From Mobula hypostoma (taxonomy: Eukaryota): DNA of 64,000 bases. Below the pieces are notes generated by a model, which ran no database searches, was not told where the DNA came from, and saw only the letters and a list, made by a program, of their open reading frames with translations. The stretch covers positions 23,438,001 to 23,502,000 of the forward strand of contig NC_086109.1 in the NCBI RefSeq assembly GCF_963921235.1. Direction: 5' to 3'. This document shows, piece after piece, positions 1 through 11,935 of this stretch (its first letter is position 1; each line of letters begins with the position of its first letter). A program made the translations under genes and the position numbers.

Positions 1-333
1 AACATTTCAATCCTGGAGTAATGTTTCAGTTGGATGGTGGTTCTTGACTGGAGATCTGGTTACAGAAGTTGTTTATGTAAGTAAACAGTCCTTGGTCGTC
101 AAAGCGAGTGGAAAAAGATACGGTCATTACAGGTACAGCATGCAGGTTTCATATCAAAGTGCAGATCTCTTTTTGTTGTGGTGGTCCAATTAGGATAGGA
201 TTAAAATTTCCACAATAAAAGCAAAAAAATGCTGGATGTACTCCCAGCTTTTCCAGGGCACATGTAAAGAAGTCTAAAACAAATGACTTCATTAGAACTG
301 ATTAATTCTGCTGAAAGATCTTTAATATGAAAG

Positions 334-690
334 CTTCTTCTTCTTGGGCCCGTAGCTCCCAGTGGAGCATAGGCCATCGATGACCTCCCATCTCCAACAT
401 CCTGTGTTCTGAGCCAGTTTCTCAAGGTGGACCAGGGGTGTCCCCATTGTCTAAGTTTAGCCTCAACATCTCTCCTCAATGTATTCTTTGGCCATCCATA
501 TTTCCTCTTTCCTTGGGCACTCTATTTTAATACCTGCCTGGTGATGTTGGTTGGCTTCCTCAAGCCGTGATTAGTTCTCCTCCATTTCTGTTTGCGTATT
601 TGTATCTCCGTGGATTCCTAGTTGGTGTTTTCCCACAGGGTCTGGTTGGTTAATTTGTCAGTCCATCTGCTGTTTAGGATCCTTCTCAGG
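334..690 (-). mobile_element. RTE-clade LINE 3' fragment
   Basis: Minus strand reads LRRILNSRWTDKLTNQTLW...IRKQKWR...HGLRKP.NITRQVL..QGKRKYGWPKNTLRR with stops, typical of the RTE RT C-terminus. (GAA)n tail. Related 3' end at ~19338-19540. Confidence 0.8.
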
Positions 691-1374
691 TCTGAAACAA
701 CAGACAAAAAAAATGCAGTAGGAAAAATGTCAGCCTGAAAAGTTGACTGCTCATTTCCCTCCTTAGATGGATCTTGACCTGCTGAGTTTCTCCAGCATTT
801 TGTGTGTGTTGCTCCAGATTTCCATCATCTGCAGAATCTCTGAATCTCTTATTGGCCTGAAGCATTCTCTCTTCACTGATACTGCATGGCCCAATGAGTA
901 ATTGGAGCATTTTGTTTAATTTAGACTTTCAGCATTAGCTGCAGTTTAATGTTATTTAACAAGCACAAACTCATGTCACTTTAAGAAGCTATACTGTTAT
1001 TTAGAGTCATAGAGTTATTCGGCACAGAACCAGGCCCTTCATCCCAGCTCAACCACGTTAAAAACATCGTCTGCCTGAGCTGGTCCCATTTATCTGCATT
1101 TGGCCCGTATACCTCTAGAACTTTCCTTTCTATCTGTTTAGATGCCTTTCAAGTATTGTAATGCTACCCTGTGCCTGGCAGCTTGTTCCATAAACCCATC
1201 ACCCTCTGTGTGGAAAAAGCTGCCTCTCAGCTCCTCTTCGAATTTTTTCTGCTCTCACCTTAAATTAGTGCCCTCTACTTTTAAACTATCCTATCCTGGA
1301 GAAAAGATTATGATCTTATTTGTGTCCCTCATGATTTTATATACCTCTCATGTTTTTATGGGATATATAATATA

Positions 1375-2678
1375 CACTTAGTGGTTACTTTATTGGGTAC
1401 ACCTGTGCAGCTACTTGCAAATATCTCATCAGCTGAACATGTGGCAGTGACTTAATGTGTTAAAGCATGCGGATATGGCTCTCCACTGGTAAGATGGTGG
1501 TGCGCTTGTACGTAGCGGCCTCTATGGGGCCAACAAAGGTGTTACTGTTTTTATAACGTATTTTTTACAATTGCATGACCATGCTGGACATTAAGAACTT
1601 AAAAGTGCTGCAGGCCTACCCCATTAATGGTTTGTTCGTCTGTGGAGAAACTGAAGGAGCTGGACTTGGTGTGGACCATGCTGTTGGAGAGGTGTCGGAG
1701 TTGGTCCATGAAGGGTGTAGTCCAACAACGAGCGATTGTCTTAGTCGCTTTACTTGCGTTTGTAACACCCTGCAAGACTCGATTTATCAGAGAAGGGTGG
1801 GTGCAGATAACAGGGGAGCCGCGTGGCCTCAGTCATAGCGAGAACTAGGCATCAAGGTTGTGGTGTCACCTGTTTGCAGCTGCCTGGGGGGGGAGGCATC
1901 ATTGTCGGGTGCTCTACCGGAGTGCCAGAGGCAGTGTGGCGTGGTGTCTGTGTGAGACTTGGTGCTGCCTCCCAGTGTTCACTTGGCAGAAGACAAGCTG
2001 TAATGGAGACGGCAGACTGCTGCAACATTCCTGCACTCAGGGACTTGAAATATATTCTTTTTTGCGACTGTACTTTACTGTTCTCTTACATGTGCTTTCT
2101 ATCTTATATGTGCTTTGTGCTGTGTATGACTGTTGGTACTGTGTTTTGCACTTTAGCCCTGGAGTAACACTGTTTGATTAGGCTGTATTCATATATGGTT
2201 GAATAACAATTAAACTCATACTGGAACTTGAGGTTTAGTTATTGTTCCGATCAAGCAACAGAGTAGGGAAGAAATGTGGTCTGACTGTGACTGTGGAATG
2301 ATTGTTGGTGCCAGATGGGGTGGTTTGAGTATCTCAGAAACTGCTGATCTCCTGGGATTTTTACACACAACAGTCTCTAGAGTTGTATGAAAAACAAAGA
2401 CCAAATCCAGTGAGTGGAATTCTCTTGGCAAAAATACCCTGTTAATGAGAGAGGTCAGAAGAGAATGGCCAGACAGGTTCAAGCTGACAGGAAGGTGACA
2501 GTAACTCAAGTAACCACATGTTACAACAGTGCTGTGCAGGAGACCATTTCTGAATGTACAACATGTCAGACGTTGAAGTGGATGGGCTACAGCAGCAGAA
2601 TACCATGAACATACAGAAATACATTCAGTGGCCACTTTATTCGGCACCAATTGTACCAAATAAAGAAGCCACTGAGGG
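1375..2678 (+). mobile_element. Internally deleted Tc1-like DNA transposon, interrupted by an insertion at ~1481-2230
   Basis: TIR-like ends cacttagtggttactttattgggtac / gtaccaaataaagaagccactgaggg, with TA on both flanks. Encodes GMIVGARWGGLSISETADLLGF...VNERGQKRMARQVQADRKVTVTQVT...LKWMGYSSR (Tc1 N-terminal DNA-binding region). Another fragment on minus at ~37450-37600. Confidence 0.85.
1490..2230 (+). mobile_element. Non-autonomous LINE-derived retroposon family A, copy 1
   Basis: Starts aagatggtgg, ends gaataacaattaaact...gaacttga. Homologous to 18028-18838 and 32224-32970. Confidence 0.7.
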
Positions 2679-4069
2679 TATGATAATAAGGTCACCTCTC
2701 AGCCTTGTATGCTCCAGGGAAAACATTTCCAGCATATCCATTCAGGGATATGAGGAATAGGTAGCAAATGCTAACCCTGCCTGTGTCATAGATGCCATGA
2801 ATGGAGAGAACAATGCAAACCCTACACATGTGGGACTGGAAGCCAAGATTAGGCCCAGGTCCCTGGAGCTGTGAAGAAGCAGCAGTATCTGCTGTGCCAC
2901 TATGGTACCCAATACAGATTGGAGTGGTACACTCCAAATTTAAGCTTCCCCTTATATTTTGAGCAGAATTTCAGAAAACTAGAACAGTTGTTATATTTAT
3001 TCCCCCTAGTGAAAATAAATCAGAATTAGGGTCCCAAGATCGGGTGGGGATAATGATTGAGAAACCTGGAAATGGTTAGCAATTGGGATCAAAACTTTTG
3101 TCCTTGGCGGTTCCCTCATACTATAGGGACCAGGGGTGCTTGTGAGGATATAATAGGGACACTCTTGTGTGGATCAGTCATCTTCCAATTTCCATCTCCG
3201 AAGTCTTATCGATTTAGCTTTGTTTTCTCTGTGGGGTGAAGCAGACCAGTTTCCCTCAGAATGTACAGTATTTTCTTGTTCAGGTGCACCTGCCACAACA
3301 TTAGTTTTAGACTATTTATTTCATCCACTAGGCATCTACCCAACTCACCCACGCTGATTATCACTGCAACACAACTTCCTCTCCCGTCTGTTGTGAGCTA
3401 AAAATATAAGCTCCACCAATTTTGAAAAGAGGAACTGTTGCTTGAACCCAATGGACCAGAAAGTATTTTGTATTTAGTACTATTTGGGAACACTGAATGT
3501 CTAACAGGGTATTGATATCAATTTAAACCTGTTGATTTATCTTGAAAACATTAATATGTTTATTAATGTGTGCCCCTTTATCTTGAAGTTCCATTTTCTT
3601 ATTCTTAGCAAATATTCCCTGTTTTACCCATTCAGCTATTGTCAGTGCTGCTATGCAGAGGTTTGAGATATTTTGCTTAAAATTAAAGTATGTAAGCCTA
3701 CTCAATCTTCCCTCGCCCATTGTAGTGAAAGCTTGTTATGTTTTCTTCTTGCCCACGTTTCCCTGGGCCGTGTAGCTGGATTCCTTGCATTCTTTACTAC
3801 AGTATGGATTTTAAACCCAGCATCGCCTAAAAAATTCATCAACCTGAACTGAATGAGAAGTCAGAATCTGGATCTAGTTTGCACCTTCCAAGACCTCAAG
3901 GTATGTGTATCCCTAAAATAAGGCTCCACTAAGAACGATTCAGTATTTTGAGACAAATGGGTGCAGATATTGGTTGAGACAAGACACTTGGAAGAATTTC
4001 CCCACTCTTCATAGCAAAAAAGAGAAGCAAGTCATAGGGTATCCAATCCTGCATGCCATGTTAAGAAAG

Positions 4070-4445
4070 TGTCAGCTGAGCTGTAGATGCGAGCACTCTC
4101 ACCTCTGAGTTGGAAGGTTGTGGACTGGATCTGTTTTAGAGTCTTGAGAACAAACTTTGAAGCTGACTGCAAAACAATCATGTTGGACAACCTGCCTTTT
4201 GCATATCACTTTTAACCCAGACTGCTTTCTTTGGCGGATGTGAATCATCCCATGCCACTATTTTAAGAAGAGCAGTTGTAAACATGGCCTTGGCTGTTAT
4301 TTATCCCTCCTTCAACATCACAAATATAGGGACTATCTGATTGTCATCACATTGCTGTTTGTGATGGCATGCGAAGGGAAGATGACTGATGCGTTACCAA
4401 TAACACAACAGTGACTGAAATTCACAAGTGCCTTTAGGAACATTG
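4070..4445 (+). mobile_element. Ancient Deu-domain SINE (SacSINE1-like)
   Basis: tRNA-like head (gcactctcacctctgagt..gaaggttgtgg) followed by the Deu core ggatgtgaatcatcccatgccactattttaagaagagcag...tttatccctc...aacatcac...catcacattgctgtttgtg. Confidence 0.7.
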
Positions 4446-4649
4446 CCTTGATCTGAAGCCGCTCAAGCCACTTTGAGCATTTTGTTTGCTCTCATGTCCT
4501 GGTTCGGCTTATTAGAACAAAATGGTGATGATGCGGCAACTCTTCAAGGGTACAACATTAACCCGGTGCAAACAGAACTCTGGACGTGCATCTCAGGGTC
4601 CTCAGCGTCTGAAAGAGGAAGGTGGTTTCAGAATCAGCAAAATGACGCA

Positions 4650-5780
4650 GAGGATAATCTATTGGTCAGTTTAAAAGATTGGGCAAATGACTAGGTAAAG
4701 GACCAGTCACATTGATTGACCGAGACAGCACTATGTTGTGCACAGGCACAAAATTCAGGCTTGCTTTTGCAGAATGGATGAAGCGATTGCAGTCTGCAGA
4801 ATTATTCAGCAAGAGATCCAACTGGAGAGTCCTGAGGTCAGCACTCAGTCCAGCCAACTGAACAAGGGCATTAAGGCGTGTGGTAGAACAAAGGGATCTG
4901 CTAATGCAGATACATAATTCCTTGCAAGTAGCATTACAGGTAGATAGGGTCCTAAAGAGAGCTTTTGGCACATTGGCTTTCATAAATCAAAGTATTGAAT
5001 TTAAGATCTCCCCCTCCCCCTCCTACTTTCAAATCTCTTACTAGCTCTTCTTTCAGTTAGTCCTGACGAAAGGTCCCGGCCCAAAACGTCGACTGTACCT
5101 CTTCCTATAGATGCTGCCTGGCCTGCTGCGTTCACCGGCGTTTTGTGTGTGTGTGTGTGGCTTGAATTTCCAGCATCTGCAGATTTCTTTGTGTCTGTGT
5201 ATTGAGTACAGGAGTTGGGCTGTTATGTTGAAGTTATATAAGATATTGGTGAGGCCTAATTTGGAGTATTGTGTGCAGTTCTGGTCACATACCTACAGCA
5301 AAGATGTCAATAAGATTGAAAAAGTGCAGTGAAAACATACAAGGATGCTTCTGTGACTTGAGGAACTGAATTATTGGGAATGGTTGAATAGGTTAGGACC
5401 TTATTCCCTGGAGTGTAGGAGAATGGGGAGATTTGATAGAGGTATACAAAATGAGAGGTATAGATAGGGTAAGTGCAAGCAGGCTTTTTCCTCTGAGGTT
5501 GGGTGAGACTAGAACTAGAGGTGATGGGTTAAAGGTGAAAGGTGAAATATTTAAGGGGAACATGCTTCACTTAGTGGGTGGTGAGAGTGTGGAATGAGTT
5601 ATCAGCAGATGTGCTGGATCTGGGTTTGATTGCAACACTTAAGAGAAGTTTGGTTAGATACATAGGGATGGGAAGGGTATGGATGGCTATGATACCGGTG
5701 CAGTTCGATGGAACTGGACATGTAGTTGATGGGCCAAAGGGATTTTTTTTCTGTGCTGTAATGCTCTTGTGACTCTATGA
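4650..5780 (+). mobile_element. CR1 LINE 3' fragment split by a Penelope-like insertion
   Basis: Encodes [20 protein letters not shown] (CR1 RT C-terminus); CR1-type 3' UTR/tail ending gactctatga. Confidence 0.85.
5007..5195 (+). mobile_element. Penelope-like repeat fragment with degenerate hammerhead motif
   Basis: agtcCTGACGAaaggtcccggcccaAAACGTCgact followed by the family signature tagatgctgcctggcctgctg...cattttgtgtg. About 15 related copies in the window. Confidence 0.7.
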
Positions 5781-7214
5781 GATGATATGGTCTTGCCAGG
5801 CTTGGCTTTGAACTGAGCTGTGCAGGATAGCATTCTAAGGAAGAAATAGAGCAAAGTGCGAACTGGGTGGATTCTATTGTGGTGAGTGCTGGTGATGGGC
5901 ACTATAGCATTGGTCGAACTGTGTTCAGGAAAACCGGTTAGAGGAATGGGACTGATGGGAATGGTCTAAAACCAGCATTGAGTCGATGGGTGAATAGCCT
6001 CTTCTATGGTGAGACAAATATGTGTTTTCGATCTCCTCATTACAGAGGCCACTTGGGTCCTGTGTGTCCCAAACAGGAGGAGGTGCAGGTGAGTTGTTGT
6101 ACTGGCTAGAAATGGTGATTAGTCACATTGGTTTATTATTCGTGTGCACTGAGTGAAAAGCTGGTATTGCGTACTGTTCCTGCAGATCAGATCATGAGGT
6201 AGAGCAAGGTAAGACGATAACAATGCAGAATAAAGTGTAACAGGTGCAAATAAAGAGCAATGCAGGTAAACAACAAGGTAGAATATTATAACAAAATAGA
6301 TTATAAGGTAAACAATTCAACATATCGTACTGGAGAACTATTGAATAGTTTTATAACACGGGAGGAGAAGCTCTCTTTGAACCTGTTGGTACATGCTTTG
6401 AGGATTTTGTATGGCACTCCTTATTTATAGGGAACCTCGTTACAAATTGTACTCTTTTGACTCTGTTGGGAATGACGACAAACCATCAATTCATGGCCTC
6501 TGCTCTTAAGTAAACTTAAATCAGTTCTTCATCTGATATGAAAGACTATTCAGAATTGTAACAATTATACTCTGGTACAGAGGCCAACTTCAGCATCAAG
6601 CACTTTTGACACAGTGCAATGAAATTAAGAAGCTGGATTGAAGAATTTCACAGGAACTTTGCACATAGATACAGGGCAATGTGTTTGGTTTAATGAATGT
6701 TTAATTCATGCACACAATGGAAAGCTCAGACATACAAAGGCAGAAAAGAAATGCAATTGGGTGTGACAATTCAGTACAAGTATCAAGTTAATTAAGAGAC
6801 AGTTGTGAAGAATTAAGTTGCATTTGTGTTATATTGCATTTCTGAAGAGTTTGATTTTTAAAACACAATAATATTTTATTTTAACCCTGTATAATTCATT
6901 ATTATTTCTGCATAGGAAGGTCTGTCTCTTGTTTTGGGCTCTCTGCCATTGATTCATTGCAAGAAGGTTCAATCACAAACAGCTTCCTATTTTAAATGGC
7001 TTGCCCTTGGAGATTTTCTCCACAATAAAGTGAAATAAAATTTGAGAATCTCCATTTCTGAGGGGCATCTGTGTTAGAAGAAGACGAACGTCACCAGATT
7101 TTTATATAATTAGAGTTTATTTATTTATAGTGTCTTCCCTAATGTCAGAAAGCTCTAAATTGTAAATAGATTTGAAATATGGGCTGCGGCACCAGGGAGA
7201 GTCCTTGAAAAAGG

Positions 7215-7745
7215 ATGTTAGATATCGGGACAGAACAAGATCATTTGCCCCTTCACCCCCCCTCCCCCCCAACATGCTCTCCCATTGATCAGATAAGTCC
7301 TGGCTGATCTACCTCAGCTCCACTTTGTAGACCAAGCCTCCTATCCGTTGATACCCTTAATATCCAGAACTATATTGATTTTTGTCTTAAATAAATAACT
7401 GAGCTTCCCTTACCCTTTGGGGTAGAGAATTCCAAAGATTCACCATCCTCTATGTTGAGAAATTTCTCCTCATCAAATGGCCTAGTTCTTATTCTGATAG
7501 TGTCCCACTGATTCCAGACTCCTAAGCCAGGAAAGCTGTCCATGAATCCACCTGCCAATGACAGTAAGGATTTTTATAATTTTCATTTGATTGCCACTCT
7601 TTCTTCTAAACTCAATACAGTGCAGGTCTAGGTTGCTTCATCTCTCTTCATATGTCAAACCCACAATATTGGGAACCTGTCAGGTAATTATTTTGAGGTA
7701 AGGAGGCCAAAATTGTGGACAGTACTTCAGATGTGATCTTATATG
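7215..7745 (-). mobile_element. CR1 LINE 3' fragment (old)
   Basis: Reverse-complement similarity to the other CR1 3' ends (agagaattccaaagattcaccatcctct...ttctcctcatc). Confidence 0.7.
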
Positions 7746-7749
7746 AACG

Positions 7750-8490
7750 CAAGTGGAACAGGTCAAAAGCTTTAAGTTCCTCAGAGTCAATATCACAAAT
7801 GACCTGACTTGGTCCAACCAAGGAGAGTTCACTGCCAAGAATGCCCACCAGCACCTTTACTTCCTAAGAAAACTAAAGAAATTTGGCCTGTCCCCTAAAA
7901 CCCTCACTAATTTTTATAGATGCACTATATAAAGCATTCTCCTAGGGTGCATCACAACCTGGTATGGAAGTTGTCCTGTCCAAGACCGAAAGAAACTGCA
8001 GAAGATCGTGAACACGGCGCAGCACATCACACAAACCAATCTTCTGTCCGTGGACTCACTTTACACCGCACGCTGTCGGAGCAGTGCTGCCAGGATAATC
8101 AAGGACACGACCCACCCAGCCAACAGAGTTTTTGTCCCTCTTCCCTCCGGGAGAAGGTTCAGGAGCTTGAAGACTCGTACGGCCAGATTTGGGAACAGCT
8201 CCTTTCCAACTGTGATAAGACTGCTGAACAGATCCTGACCCAGATCTGGGCGTACCCTCCAAATATATGGACCTGCCTGTCGGTTTTTTTTGCACTTCCT
8301 TACTTCCCATTTTTCTATTTTCTATTTATGATTTATAATTTAAATTTTTAATATTTACTAATTTTAACTATTTTTAATATCTTTAATATTTAATATTTGT
8401 AATTCAGGAAATGTGAAGCACAGAATCAAATATCGCTGTGACGATTGTACGTTCTAGTACCAATTGTTTGGTGACAATAAAGTATAAAGT
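7750..8490 (+). mobile_element. Rex1/Babar-type LINE 3' fragment
   Basis: HLYFLRKLKKFGLSPKTLTNFYRC...NTAQHITQTNL..DSLYTARC..AARIIKDTTHP...PSGRRFRSLKTRTARFGNSSFP; tail aataaagtataaagt. Confidence 0.8.
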
Positions 8491-9079
8491 TTGCTGGTAA
8501 AGCTGTATATAATGGTATCCATGATGTGTATGTTACAACATAGAAAGAGGCCATTCAGCCTATTGGGTTCATGCTAACTACCAACAGCAGACCCATTCTC
8601 CCGTCCTATTTCTGCAACATATTCTTTGACATAACCATCAAATCCCTTTCTTACATTTACCTAGTGATGGTGACAGTTTACTGCATCTAGTTAAACAACC
8701 AACATGGAATGGGGCTGTGGCGGAAACAAGTCAGCAATGAGTAAATGTGCTAGCACACTTGATGGACTGAATGGCCTAATTCTGTTCCCATGTCTATGGT
8801 ATCCTCTGTGCTTTGTCTATTTAAGTGCCTGTCTAAATGTCTCTTAAGTTATTAAGTGATTATACCTGACTTCACCACCTCCTCTGGCAGTGAGTTCAAG
8901 GTGTCAACCACTCTTTGTGTGGGTTGGGGGGTGGGGTGGAGTGTTGTGGTGGTGGGGGACTTTCTTCTCAAATTCCTTTCAACACCTTTTCTCACCTTAA
9001 ACAGTTTTATTTTTGATATCCTCACCGTGGGAAAGGGATTCCAGCTTTATGCCTCTTTTAATTTTATTGGCGTCTATTA

Positions 9080-9850
9080 AAGTTCAAAGTAAATTTTATT
9101 ATCAAAGTACATATATATCATCATATCCAAGCCCAAGATTCATTTTCTTGTGAGCATACTCAATAAATCTATAGGATGATAACCATAGCAGAATCAATGA
9201 AAGACTGTCCAACTAGGGCATTCAAGCTGAGTGCAGAAGACAACAAACTGTGCAAATACAAAAAGAGGAAATGATAATAGTAAATAAATACACAATAAAT
9301 ATCGAGAACATGAGATGAAGAGACTTTGAAAGGGAGTCCATGGTTATGGGAACATTTTGATGATAGAACAAGTGAAGTTGAGTGAAGTTATCCCCTTTGG
9401 TTCAAGAGCCCTGATGGTTGGTGGGTAGTAACTGTTCCTGAACCTGGGAGTGTGTGTCCTGAGGCTCCTATACCTTCTTTCTGATGGCAGGAATGAGAAG
9501 AGAGCATATCCTGGGTGATTGGGGGACCCCGATGCTGGATACTGCTTAGCTGCAACAGCTTTACGTGTAGGTGTGCTCAATGGTTGGAAGGGCTCTACCT
9601 GTGATGGACTGAGCCATATCCACCACTGTTTGTGGGATTTTCCATTCAAGGACATTGGTGTTTCCATACCAGGCTATGATGCAGCCAGCCTGTAAGGTCT
9701 CCACTACACATCTATAGAAGTTTGTCGAAGTTTTAGATGTCGTGCAGAATTTCTGCAAACTCCTAAGGAGGTAAAGGGGATGCTCTGCTTTCTTGGTAAT
9801 TGCTGGGCCCAGGACGGGTCCTCCAAAATAATAACACCGAGGAGTCGGGT
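9080..9850 (-). mobile_element. Rex1/Babar-type LINE 3' fragment
   Basis: LYLLRSLQKF..TSKTSTNFYRCVVE..GCIIAWYGN...FLPSERRYRSLRTHTPRFRNSYYP. Related pieces at 16700-17360(-), 20830-21330(+), 29510-30125(+), 12030-12300(-). Confidence 0.8.
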
Positions 9851-10203
9851 CACCCATCTGGCTCCTTTTCTCTGAAGCAACAACTGTCACCAATCCAATC
9901 TCTCCCTATAACTAAAGTTCACCAATGTAGGCAATATCCAAGGGAATCAACTCTACACTCTGTCCAGTGCAACCACATCCTTCCCATAGTGTGGCAGCCA
10001 AAACTATACATACTACTCCTGCTATGGTCTAACCAGTACTTTGTATAGTTATAGAACAGTGCAGGACAATATGTTTCCTTCTGCCTAAGATGTCATGTGA
10101 ACTTACATAAATTTATTTACATAAACCTACTCTGTGATCAATCTAACCCTTCCCTCCTATACAGCACATAACATTCCATTTTTCTTACATCAATGTGCCT
10201 ATC

Positions 10204-10652
10204 TTACTGCCTGTTACGCTGCTGGTGTTTAGGGCAGCAATGAAAGTCCTCCATCTCTGCTGGTGTTTAGGGCAGCAATGAAAGTCCTCCATCTCTGGTT
10301 AGGGCCTCCTTCATCATGTCAATAGCTTCCTCGTGGTTTTCACTACTGTTAGTCATGCAAGTCCCGACTGGGGACTCAGGAACACTATCACACTCAGATA
10401 TATAAAGGTTCTTCATTGCTGCTTCCATCACAATTTTGTTTTACCAGTCAGGGTTGTTAGTCCTGAGCTCAACCCCTGACCCTGGAGGACCGGTGGACCT
10501 CTCTTCGTCTGTCCTCTACCCTCTGACCTGTTGGGCGTGGATGACCCTACCAAGAGCCAAAGCACAAAGCCCTGACTCCAGCCAACATAGCTCTCTGGGT
10601 CCTTGAGGCACTCAACCCTCCAAACCACAAGAAAGTTGTGGTCCTCTTGGAT
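10204..10652 (-). mobile_element. Non-autonomous RTE-derived retroposon (5'UTR joined to 3' end) inserted in CR1
   Basis: Minus strand has RTE 5'UTR-like motifs (gacccagagagctatg...ggtagggtca...ggggttgagc..ggactaacaaccctgactggtaaaac). Homologous to 24985-26013. Confidence 0.65.
10219..10297. repeat. Perfect 38-bp tandem duplication
   Basis: ctgctggtgtttagggcagcaatgaaagtcctccatct occurs at 10219-10256 and 10257-10294; the unit is single in the 24985 copy. Confidence 0.95.
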
Positions 10653-11301
10653 AATGTGCTTATCTAAAAGTTGCTAAATGACCTTATTCTACCAACTTCT
10701 ACCAACACCCACAACAGTGTGTTCCAGGCGTTTATCACTCTCTATGTTTAAGAAAAAACCTACCTCTGATATTTCCCCTAAACTTTCCTCCACTCACTAT
10801 CAATGATACCCTCTAGTATTGGCTATTGCCACTCTTGGAAAAAAAAGTGCTGGCTCTCCACTCTATCTACGCCTGTCATAATTTTGTATACCTCTGTTAA
10901 GTCGCCCCTCACCCCCTGTCGTTCCAAAGAAAAAAAACCCTAGCTCGCGCTACCTTTCCTCATAAGGGAATAGTTGAAAAATATCTTTTATATTCTATGC
11001 CCTAACCTACAGAGGGTAAGCAAGCAATAAGACTTCTTTGCCCTTCTAAACACCCATGTTGGCACTTGAAATGAATTATGGACTTGAACCTCAAAGGCCA
11101 CACTGTACACCAACATTGCTTAGTGCTCTACCATTTACTGTCTACATTTTGTCTGTATTTCAATTCCCAAAGGGCATCACCTTATGCTTATTAAGATTAA
11201 ATTTAATCTGCCAATGATCTGCCCAACTTTCCATCTGATCTACATTTTACTGTAGCCCTAGTTGACCTTTCTCACTGTCCACAGCACTTTTGTGTCATCT
11301 G

Positions 11302-11935
11302 TTTCTGATTGGTTGGCATCTGTCTGTCTCAAAGGACAATGGGGGAATGATAATCATCATCACAAGCCTGGGCGGAAGATACGGAGATCCTGAGATGCCC
11401 AGTCATCAAAATCTCCCTCTTGGGCTCACCAGTATAGTCCAAAGGAAAGCTTATGAAGCCAAACATTTGGCACCAGTTTGGCTGCAGGAGCTGCCGGAAG
11501 GATATTCAATGACGTCTAGACGCCTTAGGGGCTCCACTCCGGATTTGCTGTCTGGGTTTACTCACTTAGCTTTCATCTCTCCCGAGGCTGCCCACAAGGC
11601 AGTGGGGCTATTTACCCATAGCTGGGGATCTGGTTCACGAGCACCAGGGTGTGACCTCACACCAGTGGACCTGCGTGCTGCATGTACAGGGGCCACACCT
11701 CCTCCCCGTTCTCTGTAGTTCAGCCTGAATCCGAAAGGAGTTCAGTTTCCATGTGTTGCCAGCGAGGTGGCGCTGCCTGAGGCTTGCTATTGGAGAGGCT
11801 GTGTACTGGCAGGGTGAGACTTACACATTCAGCTCTCCTTTTCGCAAGGCTGCTAGCAGTGGTGGAAGCTGAAAGTGGGAGCAACAAGCACTACCCACTA
11901 CACTACCACGCAAGGTGCATTGCAACAACCATTTT
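11302..11935 (-). mobile_element. Non-autonomous RTE-derived retroposon inserted in CR1
   Basis: Interrupts CR1 (tgtgtcatctg | aacttattaatcata). Shares gagtaaaccc...aaatc(c/t)ggag(c)tgg..ccctaaggc with the plus-strand element at 41597-41928. Confidence 0.6.
11711..11930 (-). ncRNA. Candidate degenerate HDV-like ribozyme in retroposon 5' region
   Basis: Minus strand: GCC-ACCUCGCU-GGC (P3/L3), 7-nt P1', GG, hairpin P4, then GCUGA. See findings. Confidence 0.5.
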
